From Bradyrhizobiaceae bacterium (GTDB taxonomy: Bacteria > Pseudomonadota > Alphaproteobacteria > Rhizobiales > Xanthobacteraceae), in assembly GCA_947481635.1 (NCBI GenBank), contig CANKHJ010000003.1:5353-69352 (forward strand): 64,000 nt of DNA. Direction: 5' to 3'. A model generated the notes under the pieces. The model worked only from the letters and a program-made list of their open reading frames with translations, ran no database searches and was not told the DNA's origin. Both the position numbers and the translations under genes were made by a program. Each line of letters begins with the position of its first letter. Position 1 is the stretch's first letter. Shown here piece by piece: positions 55,948 to 64,000 of the stretch.

Positions 55948-56747
55948 CCGCGGCGCATCGCGTCGATCACGGCGCCGACGGCGCGCAACAGCGCCGGATC
56001 CATGTTGGTGTCATCAAGCCGCGCCAGCACCGTCGCGATGTCCTTTGCGAGATTGTCCGACGGAACGAAGTCCCCTGCCCCAATTTGCGCGCCGAAGGCC
56101 GCGCGCACGCGTGAGTCCGCGCCTGAATTCGTCAGCGCATCGACCAGCCGGGACGGATCGAGCCCACCGTCTTGCGCGAGCTTCATGGCGTCGGACCACA
56201 GCGCGATGGTGCCGCACACGATCGCCTGATTGACCAGCTTCGCCCATTGCCCGCAGCCGCTGGGGCCGAGCCAGGTCTGGCGGTCGGCGAAACAGGCGAG
56301 CCAGGGCTGCGCCGCTTTTGCGTCTTCCTCCGCGCCCCCGACAAATGCGACCAGCGCGCCCTCCCCGGCGGCGCGCACGCCGCCCGAGACCGGCGCGTCC
56401 ACCCAGCGTCCGCCGAAGCCGCGCAGCCGCGCGGCGAGATCGCGCGTCAGCACCGGATCGATGCTCGACGTGTCGATCAGCAACTTTCCGGCCATGCCGC
56501 CCGCGACGCAGCCTTCGGTTCCGAACACCACATCCGTCACGGCGTTTCCACCGGGAAGATTGAGAATGACCACGTCGCAATCGCGCCCGAGCGCGGCCGG
56601 CGACGCGGCGAGGGCCACTCCGGACTGCTCTGCCTGCGCGGCGCGGGCAGCATCCTTGTCGAGGGCGATGACGCGATGCCCGGCGCGCGCAACGCGCAGC
56701 ATCATCGGAAGCCCGATACCGCCGATGCCGATCCAGCCGATCCGCAT
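55944..56747 (-). CDS. NAD(P)-dependent oxidoreductase, 3-hydroxyisobutyrate/6-phosphogluconate dehydrogenase family
   Basis: The protein starts MRIGWIGIGGIGLPMM (GxGxxG). The start shares one base with the iclR stop (TGATG). Confidence 0.8.
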   Translation of the reverse strand: MRIGWIGIGGIGLPMMLRVARAGHRVIALDKDAARAAQAEQSGVALAASPAALGRDCDVVILNLPGGNAVTDVVFGTEGCVAGGMAGKLLIDTSSIDPVLTRDLAARLRGFGGRWVDAPVSGGVRAAGEGALVAFVGGAEEDAKAAQPWLACFADRQTWLGPSGCGQWAKLVNQAIVCGTIALWSDAMKLAQDGGLDPSRLVDALTNSGADSRVRAAFGAQIGAGDFVPSDNLAKDIATVLARLDDTNMDPALLRAVGAVIDAMRRG

Positions 56748-57499
56748 CAGCCGGCGATTCCGGACAGGCGCTCGGCGCGCTCGCGCAGCATCGTCGCGAT
56801 GCGCATTGTGTTGCACTCGATCCGTTCGGCGGGGCCAGCGATGCCGATCGCAAGCTGGCGACCATGGCGCAGGTCCGGCAGCAGGATCGCAACGACCGCG
56901 GCGTCGGGATTAATGCTGTCGCGCGCGGCGACATAGCCATTGCGACGGCAGAACTCGATGCGGTCCTTCAGCTTGTCGAATGGCACATCCTTGCGCGCGA
57001 TCAGCCCGGACGCGATCGAGCGGCGCCAGACGCGGTCGATAGCATCGTCATCCGACTTGCTCAGCACCAGCCAGCCGACGCCCGACTTGACCAGCGGCCG
57101 CCGGCCATTCGGCTTTTCCAGATAGCGCGGACCATGCGGGCCTTCGAGCACGAACAGATATTGGATCTCCAGATCATTCGGTGTGCCGAGCAGAATCGTC
57201 TCGCCGGTCTCCGCGCGCAATTCTCCCAGGGCTTCGTAGGGATCGCCATTCGGAAGGATTTCCGGGCCGACCCAATCGCCTAGCGCCGCCAGGCGAGTGG
57301 TCGGGAAATAGGTCTTGGTTTCGGTATCGAAACTCAGACAGCCGATCTGCGACATGGTCTTGAGCAGATCCGCGAGGCTCGACGAGGGACAATCGAGCTC
57401 GCTGGTCAGATCCTTCAATGACAGCGGCCGGCGCAAGCGCGCGAAGACCTCGAGAATCTCGAAGGCCCGCCGCACCGACCGGACACTTGTGCTGGTCAT
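56747..57499 (-). CDS. IclR-family transcriptional regulator
   Basis: VRRAFEILEVFARLRRPLSLKDLTSELDCPSSSLADLLKTM is the wHTH, followed by an IclR effector-domain layout. Confidence 0.85.
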   Translation of the reverse strand: MTSTSVRSVRRAFEILEVFARLRRPLSLKDLTSELDCPSSSLADLLKTMSQIGCLSFDTETKTYFPTTRLAALGDWVGPEILPNGDPYEALGELRAETGETILLGTPNDLEIQYLFVLEGPHGPRYLEKPNGRRPLVKSGVGWLVLSKSDDDAIDRVWRRSIASGLIARKDVPFDKLKDRIEFCRRNGYVAARDSINPDAAVVAILLPDLRHGRQLAIGIAGPAERIECNTMRIATMLRERAERLSGIAG

Positions 57500-57662
57500 T
57501 GCGTTCCGTCCCTGACGGCACTCCTTGCCGCCGTCACAGCGTGTTTTGATGCGTTCCAGTGTTCCGGAAATCCGGAAATGGATCAAGGCGCACTGGCTTG
57601 GTTTCCAAGCCACCCTCCGGCCGATATCTTTCGGCCACGCAAGAGGTTCGGAGGACTTATCG

Positions 57663-58928
57663 ATGTTTTCCAAGGAAGACAACGAAGCAATGACGCGGAC
57701 CAGCCCCGGCACCAAGGCCGGCAAGCTGCTGCGCCAATATTGGCAGCCGGTCGCGCTCCTCGCCGACCTGCCGCCGAACGGGGCGCCGCTACCGCTCAAG
57801 GTGATGGACGAGGACCTGGTGCTGTTCAAGGATGAGACCGGCCGGCTCGGCCTGCTCGGCCTGAATTGCCCGCATCGCGGCGCCGACCTCAGCTACGGCC
57901 GCGTCGAAGGCGGCGGCTTGCGCTGCATCTACCACGGCTGGGTGTTCGACGTGACCGGCCAATGCCTGGAACAGCCGGCCGAGCCGCGCGGCCGTACCTA
58001 TTGCCAGCACGTGAAGCATCTCTCCTATCCGGTGACCACCGGTGGTGGGATGGTGTTCGCCTATATGGGCGAAGGCGAGCCTCCGGTATTGCCGCAGCTC
58101 GAATGCCTCACGGCCGCTGATGATCATCTGGCGATGTGGAAGTTCCGCGAGCGCTGCAATTACCTCCAGGGGCTCGAAGGCGACATCGACCCGTTCCACC
58201 TGAACTATCTGCACCGTGCGATGAAGAGCAAGGACGCGCGCGACGCGCCCGGCTCGTCCGACCAGTATTACGATTTCTACACCCGCGGCACGCCGCGCCT
58301 CGAGGTGGATCGCACCCGTTACGGCCTGCGCATCTTCACGATGCGTGAGCTGGACGAGCGCGCCTATCTGCGCGTCACGAATTTCATGATGCCGAATGTC
58401 GCGATCGTCGCCGGCCCGACCGGAGAGGACGGCTACACGCTGCTGTGGCATGTGCCGGTGACCGACGAAGTCCACATCAAGTATATGCTGAACTACAAGC
58501 GCAGCGGACCGATCGACCAGACCGGCCTGAAAAAGGCCTATGACATGCATGTCATTCCGGGCACCAACCTGGAGCCTCGCCGCCACAAGGAAAACCGCTG
58601 GCTGCAGGACCGCGAGGAAATGAAAACCTCCTGGTATGCCGGCCTCGGCCCGTCCTTCTCGGTGCATGACAATTGGGTGACCGAGAGCATGGGCCCGATC
58701 TACGACCGCACCAAGGAGCGGCTCGGCTACAGCGACATGGCCGTGGTCGCGGCGCGGCGCCAGATTCTCGCCGGCATTGCCGACATGGACGCGGGCAAGG
58801 AACCGGTCGGCCGTCATCACGACGAGGAATCCGCCAAGCTAAAAGAGCTTGTAGTCCGCTCCTATCTGGTCGAAGACCGCAACGACTATAAGAAGGACTT
58901 CGTGGCTCAGACCGAAGCCGCCGAATAA
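57663..58928 (+). CDS. Rieske non-heme-iron oxygenase, alpha subunit (phthalate/KshA-type, homo-oligomeric class)
   Basis: The Rieske motif is CPHRGADL...CIYHGW. The iron-binding motif is DPFHLNYLH (D-x2-H-x4-H). Confidence 0.8.
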   Translation: MFSKEDNEAMTRTSPGTKAGKLLRQYWQPVALLADLPPNGAPLPLKVMDEDLVLFKDETGRLGLLGLNCPHRGADLSYGRVEGGGLRCIYHGWVFDVTGQCLEQPAEPRGRTYCQHVKHLSYPVTTGGGMVFAYMGEGEPPVLPQLECLTAADDHLAMWKFRERCNYLQGLEGDIDPFHLNYLHRAMKSKDARDAPGSSDQYYDFYTRGTPRLEVDRTRYGLRIFTMRELDERAYLRVTNFMMPNVAIVAGPTGEDGYTLLWHVPVTDEVHIKYMLNYKRSGPIDQTGLKKAYDMHVIPGTNLEPRRHKENRWLQDREEMKTSWYAGLGPSFSVHDNWVTESMGPIYDRTKERLGYSDMAVVAARRQILAGIADMDAGKEPVGRHHDEESAKLKELVVRSYLVEDRNDYKKDFVAQTEAAE

Positions 58929-58954
58929 CAAGACGAACAACACAGGAGCCGCTC

Positions 58955-59368
58955 TTGGCCTTATCCCTCCCGACCAAACCTCAGCTCACCATGGATGCAG
59001 CGCGCGCCATCGCGGACGCCGCGGTGGCTGAGGCCACCAAGCAGAACCTGAAAATGGCGATCGCGATCGTCGATGATGGCGGCCATCTGCTTTACTTCAT
59101 GCGGATGTCAGAGCAGATCGCCCCCGGTGCGGTCGAGGCCGCGCTAAGCAAGGCGCAATCGGCAGCGATGTTCAAGCGCGCGACCGCGTCGTGGGAAGAA
59201 GCCGCCAAGGAGCGTCACGTCGTGATGAAGATCCCGAACGTGATGCCGCTCGGCGGCGGCGTGCCACTGCTGGTCAATGGCGTCGGTGTCGGCGCTATCG
59301 GTGTGTCGGGTGCGTCGTCGGCCAAGGATGACGAGATCGGCCGGGCCGGAGCCGCGCTGCTGGCTTAA
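58955..59368 (+). CDS. GlcG/HbpS-like (DUF336) heme-binding protein
   Basis: Motifs AIAIVDDGGHLLYFMRM and GGVPL...GAIGVSG are present. The start is TTG with AGGAG upstream. Confidence 0.7.
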   Translation: MALSLPTKPQLTMDAARAIADAAVAEATKQNLKMAIAIVDDGGHLLYFMRMSEQIAPGAVEAALSKAQSAAMFKRATASWEEAAKERHVVMKIPNVMPLGGGVPLLVNGVGVGAIGVSGASSAKDDEIGRAGAALLA

Positions 59369-59435
59369 TCGCGCGTCCCCGCCGATGGATCGACACTTGC
59401 GCCGCCCGATGACAGGCTCCGGCAGGGGCACATTG

Positions 59436-60428
59436 TCACGGATGCAGCACGATCTTGCCGAGCACCGCGCCGTCTTCCAGCAGACGGTGCGCTTCGGCGG
59501 CTTGCGCCATCGGCAGACGGGCGCCGACACGTGGCTTGATCTTGCCGCTCGCGTGTAACGCGATCACCTCGCGAGTCAGCCGGCGGCGCTCGGGCGGGTT
59601 CTTGTCGTAGGTGTGGATGTTGAAGCAGCGCAGCGCCGGGCTTTTGGTCGACAGCGCGCAGATCTCGCGGAACACGTCCTTCTCGGGCATCGGCGCGTGG
59701 ATATTGTAGAATACCAGCGTGCCCAGGTCGGCAAGGATGTGCAGGTAGTCGGTGAATGTCGGCCCGATGATGTGATCGAAGGCGACATCGACACCGCGCC
59801 CGCCGGTCAGTTCCATCACGCGATCGATCATCGGATCGGTGCGATAATTGATCACATGATCCGCGCCGAGTGCGCGGGCTTGCGCCGCTTTCTCCTCCGA
59901 GCCCGCGCTGCCGATCACTTCGAGGCCGCGGGCCTTAGCAAGCTCGACCAGCGCGCCACCGACGCCGCCCGAGGCGCCCGCCACGAAGACGCTGCGCAGG
60001 CCTGAGCGGAAGCCCATGTCGTTCAGCATCGCGTAGGCGACGAGATAGGTCGGCAGCACCACCGCCTGATCGAAATCGACGCCGTCCGGCAGGAGATAGA
60101 CCGCGGTGGCAGGGACCGCGATGAACTCGGTGTAGCAACCGCCGCGTACCGGCATATCGCGCGCGCTGAGAAGCACCGCCTGTCCGGGGCGGATCGCATC
60201 GACGCCGGCCCCAACCGCTTCGACAATGCCGGTGAGCTCATTGCCAGGGCTCGCCGGCATCGGCGGCATCCAGGTGTAAACGCCCTTGCGGATCAGGATA
60301 TCCGGCCGGCTCACGCCCATCGCCTTGGTGCGGATCAGCACCTCGCCGGCGCCGGGCTTCGGCATCGGTTGTTCAGCGAGCTCCAGCACATCGGGCCCGC
60401 CGTAGCTCCTGATCAATACGGTCCTCAT
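59436..60428 (-). CDS. Quinone oxidoreductase / MDR-family NADPH-dependent reductase
   Basis: The protein starts MRTVLIRSYGGPDVLEL. The motif AGASGGVGGALVELAK is present. Confidence 0.8.
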   Translation of the reverse strand: MRTVLIRSYGGPDVLELAEQPMPKPGAGEVLIRTKAMGVSRPDILIRKGVYTWMPPMPASPGNELTGIVEAVGAGVDAIRPGQAVLLSARDMPVRGGCYTEFIAVPATAVYLLPDGVDFDQAVVLPTYLVAYAMLNDMGFRSGLRSVFVAGASGGVGGALVELAKARGLEVIGSAGSEEKAAQARALGADHVINYRTDPMIDRVMELTGGRGVDVAFDHIIGPTFTDYLHILADLGTLVFYNIHAPMPEKDVFREICALSTKSPALRCFNIHTYDKNPPERRRLTREVIALHASGKIKPRVGARLPMAQAAEAHRLLEDGAVLGKIVLHP

Positions 60429-60793
60429 GCGCGGAACGGCATGAAGCCAGCGATCAGACAGACCGCGGCCCAGAACAGCATGTATTCGATACCGGGGTGC
60501 TGCCAGCGCCATTTCAAACCGTTGATGGTGGCGATCGCGTAGGACGCCACCACCAGGATGGTCGCCGCGATCAGCGCACCGATGCGTGGGTAGAGCCCGG
60601 AAATCAGGCCGAAGGCGGCCACGAATTCCATGATCGCCGTGAACACGACAAAGGCGCGCGCCGGCCGCAAGCCGATGGTGTTGAACATGACCGATGCCCG
60701 ATCGATGTAGCGCAGCTTGGCGATGGTATGCGGCAGGAAATACACGCCGCACAGCACGCGCAGCAAGGTCTGCGCATCGAATGAAAATTCCAC
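60425..60793 (-). CDS. DoxX-family membrane protein
   Basis: It is a four-helix small membrane protein with LLRVLCGVYFLPHTIAK. The stop overlaps the reductase start (ATGA). Confidence 0.7.
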   Translation of the reverse strand: MEFSFDAQTLLRVLCGVYFLPHTIAKLRYIDRASVMFNTIGLRPARAFVVFTAIMEFVAAFGLISGLYPRIGALIAATILVVASYAIATINGLKWRWQHPGIEYMLFWAAVCLIAGFMPFRA

Positions 60794-60817
60794 GTCACGT
60801 TCCCCCTCGTCGTCCGA

Positions 60818-61729
60818 TCAGGCTTTCGCCGCCTCTGCTCGATAACTATCGTCCAGCACAGCACCGGCGCCCGCCACCAGGGCATCATCCGCGAGCCCGG
60901 CCTTCTGCATCAATTCCAGCGATTTCGTGAACGCCACCGGCGGAATCGCGAGGTCGCGCGGAAACACCGCCTTCTCGCGCATATAGACCAGCGCCTGTCG
61001 ACCATACTTTCCTTCGGCTTGGGTGATCTCGGTGGTCAGCGCCACCAGCGCGTCGTCATTGGCGCTGTCATAGACCCAGCGCGTCGCCTCGATCACGCCG
61101 CGCAGGAAGGCAACGATCTCGGTACGATGTGCCGCGGCCCAGTCCTTGTCGGCAATCAGCGCGGTGAACACGATCTCCGGAATGTAATCGGTGACCTCGC
61201 CGAGATTAGGCCAGCCGGCATCGATCGCGACGAAATTCAGCGGGATGAGCTGCACGGCCGCATCGATGGTGCCTTCCTGCAACGCCTTCCAGCGCGCCGG
61301 ATGCACGCCGACCACCGCGAATTCATAATCGCCCGGATAATGCAGCCCGTGCTGGCGCAGCACTTCCATGGTGTAGAGCGCGGTGCCCTCGGTGAGCGAC
61401 GATGTACCGAGCTTTGCGCCTTTCAGTTCTTCGATCGCCTTGAAGCGCGGATGGGCGATCAGCGAAAGCGGCAGCCGGTTCACATTCCCGGAGATGATCC
61501 GCAGATTGCCGCCGGCGGCGCAATCGCGGATCGCGCCCTCGGGCGGCGTGATCGCGATATCCAGCTCGCCGGCTTTCACCGCGGCGGTGACCTTGTCGAC
61601 CGCACCCAGCCGCTTGATCTCGATCTCCAGGCCGTGATTGGCAAACAATCCCTGACGCTGGGCGACCACGACCGGCAGCCAGTTGAACCCGACAGCCCCG
61701 CCCCCGATCACCAGTTTCTTCAACGCCAT
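60818..61729 (-). CDS. NMT1/THI5-like binding-protein-fold protein without a signal peptide
   Basis: GFNWLPVVVAQRQGLFANHGLEIEI is typical of the SsuA/NMT1 fold. The N-terminus lacks an export signal. Confidence 0.6.
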   Translation of the reverse strand: MALKKLVIGGGAVGFNWLPVVVAQRQGLFANHGLEIEIKRLGAVDKVTAAVKAGELDIAITPPEGAIRDCAAGGNLRIISGNVNRLPLSLIAHPRFKAIEELKGAKLGTSSLTEGTALYTMEVLRQHGLHYPGDYEFAVVGVHPARWKALQEGTIDAAVQLIPLNFVAIDAGWPNLGEVTDYIPEIVFTALIADKDWAAAHRTEIVAFLRGVIEATRWVYDSANDDALVALTTEITQAEGKYGRQALVYMREKAVFPRDLAIPPVAFTKSLELMQKAGLADDALVAGAGAVLDDSYRAEAAKA

Positions 61730-61927
61730 TTCCGCCCCTCAATGTCCTCGCTGGCTGCGGCAATTGGCTACGACCGCGCGCGGGACGGCGGACTATCAAA
61801 AAATATCCCCCTTGGGTCAATCGACTGGACCATGGACCCAATGTTGAATGCGCCGCGATCCCCGTCTAGACTTTGGCGAACGCTTGCTCGATCCGAGACA
61901 AAAGCGACGTCATCACAGGGAGGGACT

Positions 61928-62896
61928 ATGCCACGACCGATCCTCGGCCTGGCGCTTGCGGCCATTCTGGCTGTCGCGTCCGGTGCAGCATCCGCTCAGG
62001 ATTTTCCGTCACGTCCGATCAAGATCCTGCAAGGCTTCGCGCCGGGCGGCAATGCGGACGCGATCTCGCGCGTGCTGGCCGATGAATTGTCCAAGAGCCT
62101 CGGCCAGGCCGTCACGGTCGAAGCGCGCGCCGGGGCCGGCGGCAACCTGGCAACCGCCGAGGTCGTGAAGTCGCAGCCTGACGGCTATACGCTGGTCTTG
62201 CTCACCACCGGTCACGTGATCTCGGCGGCGCTCTATAAGTCGCTGCCCTTCGATCCGGTCAACGACCTTCAATTCATCACCACCGTTTCCGAATTGCCGC
62301 ATTTCATCGTGGTCAATGCCGGCAAGTCGCCGCATAAGACCATCCAGGACTTGATCGCAGCCGCGAAGGCGAAGCCCGGCGGCGTGACTTTCGGCACCGC
62401 CGGCATCGGCACCGGCCAGCATCTCGGCGCCGAGCTTTTGAACGCATCGATCGGCGCCAAGATGGTGCATGTGCCCTATCGCGGCGATTCCGGATCGGTG
62501 ACCGGTCTGCTCTCCGGCGACGTCGATTTCATCGTGGCTCCGCTCCCAGCGGTGCAAGGCAACATCGATGCGGGCACCTTCCGCGCGCTCGCCCAGACCG
62601 CGGCCAAGACCTGGCCGACCATGCCGAACGTGCCGCCGATCAGCTCCGCGATTCCGAATTTCGAGGTCATGGCCTGGACCGGTGTCGCGACCACCAAGGG
62701 CGTGCCGGCACCAGTCGTCGCCAAGCTCAACCAGGAGCTTCGCCGGATCATCGCCCTGCCTCAGGTCGAGAAGAAGCTGCGTGACTTCGGCGGCGAACCG
62801 GCCTCATCCACGCCGGAACAGATCACCGACAAGACCAGGTCCGAGATCGCCAAGTGGACCAAGGTGATCGCCGAGGCGGATATTCCGAAGCAGTAG
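61928..62896 (+). CDS. Bug-family (TctC-like) substrate-binding protein
   Basis: A signal peptide is followed by AQDFPSRPIKILQGFAPGGNADAISR and QPDGYTL. The ATG at 61928 is in frame with the 61019 ORF. Confidence 0.85.
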   Translation: MPRPILGLALAAILAVASGAASAQDFPSRPIKILQGFAPGGNADAISRVLADELSKSLGQAVTVEARAGAGGNLATAEVVKSQPDGYTLVLLTTGHVISAALYKSLPFDPVNDLQFITTVSELPHFIVVNAGKSPHKTIQDLIAAAKAKPGGVTFGTAGIGTGQHLGAELLNASIGAKMVHVPYRGDSGSVTGLLSGDVDFIVAPLPAVQGNIDAGTFRALAQTAAKTWPTMPNVPPISSAIPNFEVMAWTGVATTKGVPAPVVAKLNQELRRIIALPQVEKKLRDFGGEPASSTPEQITDKTRSEIAKWTKVIAEADIPKQ

Positions 62897-62997
62897 CATC
62901 GAAGGATCCGGATCGATGGCGCCACTGCGTCGTCGATCCAAAGGCCGCCTCGTGCCGATCGTCCAGATCAGACGCCGTTCGGCCGGCTGCCAAGCGG

Positions 62998-63534
62998 CTA
63001 AGGATGAATGACGCCGCTTTCGCGCGAGACGACAAAGCGGTTCTTCGAGACCATGAATTCCCGCAACAACGCGGCGACAGCCTCGGGACGCTCATTGTCC
63101 ATCCCGGCAGTCGCATCATAGACGAACATCAGATTGCATCCCGCGATCGCACGTCGATAGGCGGCGCTGGACTGCGGCGGGCTGGAACGGTCCCTGGTGC
63201 CGAACAGCGCCATGGCGGGGACCTTGGTTTCGCCCCACCGCTTGCCGAGGGCGGCGACGCCGGCGTCGTCCAGCACCGGCGGCGCGATCAACGCGATCGC
63301 TTCCACGCGGTCTGGGAATGCCAATGCCAGAGCGATGGCCTGCTCGGCCGCGTCACCTTGCGCGATGACGCTGAATTTCTCCGCCCCGCCGAACCCATCG
63401 ACCATGCTCTTCGCCGCATCCGGAGCGGCGGTCAGAACACGAAAATCGCGCCCCAGGAGAGCACTGGCCTTGGTGGCGCCGCTCTTGCTCAGATAGAGCA
63501 GTACAGCCGATTGTTGTTCAGACGCGTCAGCCAT
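62998..63534 (-). CDS. Short alpha/beta-hydrolase-fold-like protein, probably degenerate
   Basis: It has an ABH-like layout (...FRVLTAAPD..., ...PAMALFGTRD...). It is only 178 aa and I see no GxSxG or HG motif. Confidence 0.45.
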   Translation of the reverse strand: MADASEQQSAVLLYLSKSGATKASALLGRDFRVLTAAPDAAKSMVDGFGGAEKFSVIAQGDAAEQAIALALAFPDRVEAIALIAPPVLDDAGVAALGKRWGETKVPAMALFGTRDRSSPPQSSAAYRRAIAGCNLMFVYDATAGMDNERPEAVAALLREFMVSKNRFVVSRESGVIHP

Positions 63535-63546
63535 CTCAGATCCAAC

Positions 63547-64000
63547 TCACATGTCGCGGATGCGCGGCAGGACTTTTTCGCCGATCATCTCAATGGCGCG
63601 CAGCGTCTTCTCGCCGAGGTCATAGGCGATCGTCAGATCGAGAATGCCCGCACCCAGTTCTCGGTGGATATTCTCGATCTGCTTCACCACGGTATCGGGG
63701 CTGCCCAGCAGCACCTGGCCGGTTTCGATGCGCTCGCGCAGATCCTTCGGCATCAGCCGCGCGCGTTGCGCCTCCCGATCTCGGCCGTAATAGCCGGCGT
63801 CCGCGACGGCGCCTTCCAGCACCCGGTTGGCCATCGTTACGCCGGTCTGAGGCCCGATCTTGCCGGCGTCCGTGAATTCCTGCAGCGCCAGATCGTCGGT
63901 CTCGGCGACATGAATGATGACGCGGTAGATGATGTCGTCGGGCGTCGGCGTCCACCCGGCGCGAGTAGCCTGCTCGCGGAAATAATCGGCGGCAGTTTTC
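63547..64000 (-). CDS. Luciferase-like (LLM-class) flavin-dependent oxidoreductase, C-terminal part (5' end lies outside the window)
   Basis: The frame stays open to the window edge (KTAADYFREQATRAGW...LLGSPDTVVKQIENIHRELGAGILDL). The C-terminus is typical of the LLM class. Confidence 0.65.
   Translation of the reverse strand, partial: KTAADYFREQATRAGWTPTPDDIIYRVIIHVAETDDLALQEFTDAGKIGPQTGVTMANRVLEGAVADAGYYGRDREAQRARLMPKDLRERIETGQVLLGSPDTVVKQIENIHRELGAGILDLTIAYDLGEKTLRAIEMIGEKVLPRIRDM

Noticed and set aside
57789-58820. 343-aa ORF antisense to the Rieske oxygenase gene
   Set aside because: It has no motifs, and the opposite-strand gene has both Rieske and iron-binding signatures.
61019-61927. 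303-aa N-terminal extension of the Bug-protein ORF (the 625-aa version)
   Set aside because: It is antisense to the NMT1-like gene. The Bug signal peptide and an acceptable start are at 61928.
1-64000. Search by eye for CRISPR arrays, IS elements or transposases, integrases, toxin-antitoxin or defence-system genes
   Set aside because: No regularly spaced direct repeats were seen and no transposase or integrase motifs appear in any frame of the ORF track. All sizeable ORFs are explained by metabolic, transport or regulatory families.

Overview
The window is GC-rich with a dense gene arrangement, and the long spurious antisense ORFs suggest strong third-position GC bias (GC content not computed). 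Gene content looks like a Bradyrhizobiaceae-type alphaproteobacterial chromosome, based on many Bug/TctC binding proteins and REP-like hairpin elements; this taxonomic call is inference. I support about 65 protein-coding genes or gene remnants. I could not recognise any rRNA, complete tRNA, CRISPR array, transposase, integrase or phage gene. Most of the window is accessory catabolism: two family-III CoA-transferases, two enoyl-CoA hydratases, SDRs, 2-hydroxyacid dehydrogenases, quinone oxidoreductases, a Rieske oxygenase, one TRAP transporter, five Bug/TctC binding proteins and four MetE-like Zn proteins. A small housekeeping island carries rhlE, infA and cspA. The most unusual region is about 12.9-24.6 kb. 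(a) A plus-strand operon encodes two mini-membrane proteins, a heme-b-type ferric-reductase membrane domain fused to a Rieske domain, a Rieske domain fused to an FMN-reductase/flavodoxin-like domain, and a DHFR-like (RibD C-terminal) reductase. (b) A convergent minus-strand operon encodes a Zn-ADH-like protein, an atypical 6-pyruvoyl-tetrahydropterin-synthase-like protein, a GT4 glycosyltransferase and a SAM methyltransferase. (c) Diverging from (b), an OpgH-like glucan synthase is fused to an FkbM methyltransferase, followed by an unknown exported protein and an NdvA/ChvA-like exporter. I propose this as an uncharacterised envelope redox plus modified-pterin/modified-glucan locus; this is inference only. 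Gene decay is also visible: a cysH-cysD-cysN operon with a frameshift and an internal deletion, a flavin reductase with an in-frame TAG, and a multiply frameshifted livF remnant. All family assignments come from motif recognition by eye and need HMM/BLAST confirmation.
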